DNA from: Tubiluchus corallicola | Taxonomy: Eukaryota > Animalia > Priapulida | Length of the DNA stretch: 30,440 bases | Reading direction: 5' to 3' | Assembly (NCBI GenBank): GCA_030141605.1 | Contig: JAQGDQ010002458.1 | Coordinates: 1 to 30,440 of the forward strand | Shown: positions 29,559 to 30,440 of the stretch, piece by piece | How the letters are laid out: each line of letters opens with the position of its first letter | Position numbering within the stretch: position 1 is the stretch's first letter | Translations under genes and position numbers: made by a program | Notes under the pieces: model-generated | Seen by the model: the letters and a program-made list of their open reading frames with translations, nothing else | What the model was told of the DNA's origin: nothing | Database searches by the model: none

Positions 29559-30440
29559 TTATTCGATTTCTATATTTTGTAAAAAATCTAATTTTATTAA
29601 ACGGTCTATAAAGTTTATACCATACTTCATTTTAGATTCTAAGCTTTCTAATTTTGAATCTAATTCCAAAATAATATCCTCACTATCATTTGTTACAAGA
29701 ATTTTAAAAATACCATTTTTATCATATTTAGGATAATAGCCAAGCTTAAAAAAATATTTACCTTCATTATATTCAACTTGTAGCAATTTTTCATGAAGTT
29801 GTTTTTCTTGTTCAAGCATATTCTTTGAAATATCTATTTCAAAATTTTCATAAGTGATAATTCCAAGCTTAAAATCTATTTTTTCAATAAAGCTTTGTTT
29901 GAAAAAATCAAATCCAAAATCCCACTCTTTTGAATCAGGTAACCAAAAGTGTACCTCACAACTGTTTGTTGCGATAGTTCTATGCCCTATATAATTTTCT
30001 AAAATAATATCTTCATTTTTATTATTTGGATTACTTAAATTAAGTAACATTTCAACTAGTTCAACAAGCCCTTCTAAAGATCCTTCTATTATGACAGTTT
30101 CCCTGCTTTCCCATTTTCCTTTTTGAATTATTTGATTAGAAGGAAGCAAAATGTTTTTTTCAGTTAAATAAAAATTTGGAAACTTATCAATAAAGCTTTT
30201 TTCTTTATGCCAATATTTATTGTCTATACGTTTAGCCCAATATTCATATGATACTGGTTTTGTTGATAGCTTTTCATTAAAATAATTAGTATTATTATAA
30301 TTAATTATAAGATTTTTTATATCAGAATCTTTATGTATGAGATTTATTTTTATCTCTCGAATCTGTTCTTTAAAAATAAGTCCAATAATTAAAAGGGCTA
30401 GATATTTGTAGTTTTCTTTGTTTGTGAAAAATTGTAAAAA
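29559..30440 (-). CDS. Hypothetical protein, 5'-truncated by the window edge
   Basis: The frame of ORF 29559-30149 stays open to position 30440 (FLQFFTNKENYKYLALLIIGLIF...), so TTG 30149 is probably not the true start. Confidence 0.75.
   Translation of the reverse strand, partial: FLQFFTNKENYKYLALLIIGLIFKEQIREIKINLIHKDSDIKNLIINYNNTNYFNEKLSTKPVSYEYWAKRIDNKYWHKEKSFIDKFPNFYLTEKNILLPSNQIIQKGKWESRETVIIEGSLEGLVELVEMLLNLSNPNNKNEDIILENYIGHRTIATNSCEVHFWLPDSKEWDFGFDFFKQSFIEKIDFKLGIITYENFEIDISKNMLEQEKQLHEKLLQVEYNEGKYFFKLGYYPKYDKNGIFKILVTNDSEDIILELDSKLESLESKMKYGINFIDRLIKLDFLQNIEIE

Overview
Very AT-rich bacterial chromosomal segment. A PolC-type replicase occurs together with two outer-membrane beta-barrel genes (FadL/OmpP1-like and LamB-like), which best fits a Fusobacteriota-like diderm (inference). 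The left two-thirds is intact housekeeping DNA: sbcC/Rad50-like ATPase, queA, rsmD, xseB, an orphan dhaL-like gene, a PNPOx-like gene, an AsmA-like/NfeD/SPFH operon, a ClC-TrkA-C protein, a TPR protein, polC, two porins and queG. The right third is accessory and partly decaying. It holds a degraded IS3-family element with both terminal inverted repeats, and a minus-strand operon (aminotransferase, voltage-gated K+ channel, 2H phosphoesterase, a broken ~820-codon phosphodiester-glycosidase-like gene, MgtC). It also holds a DUF2161 gene, a DUF4261-like pseudogene and an immunity-like gene cut by the window end. The best leads are the 2H + phosphodiester-glycosidase module, the ClC lacking its gating glutamate, and the C-X6-C hook of SbcC. 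No CRISPR array, rRNA or tRNA was seen. All family calls are from motif recognition; no database searches were run.
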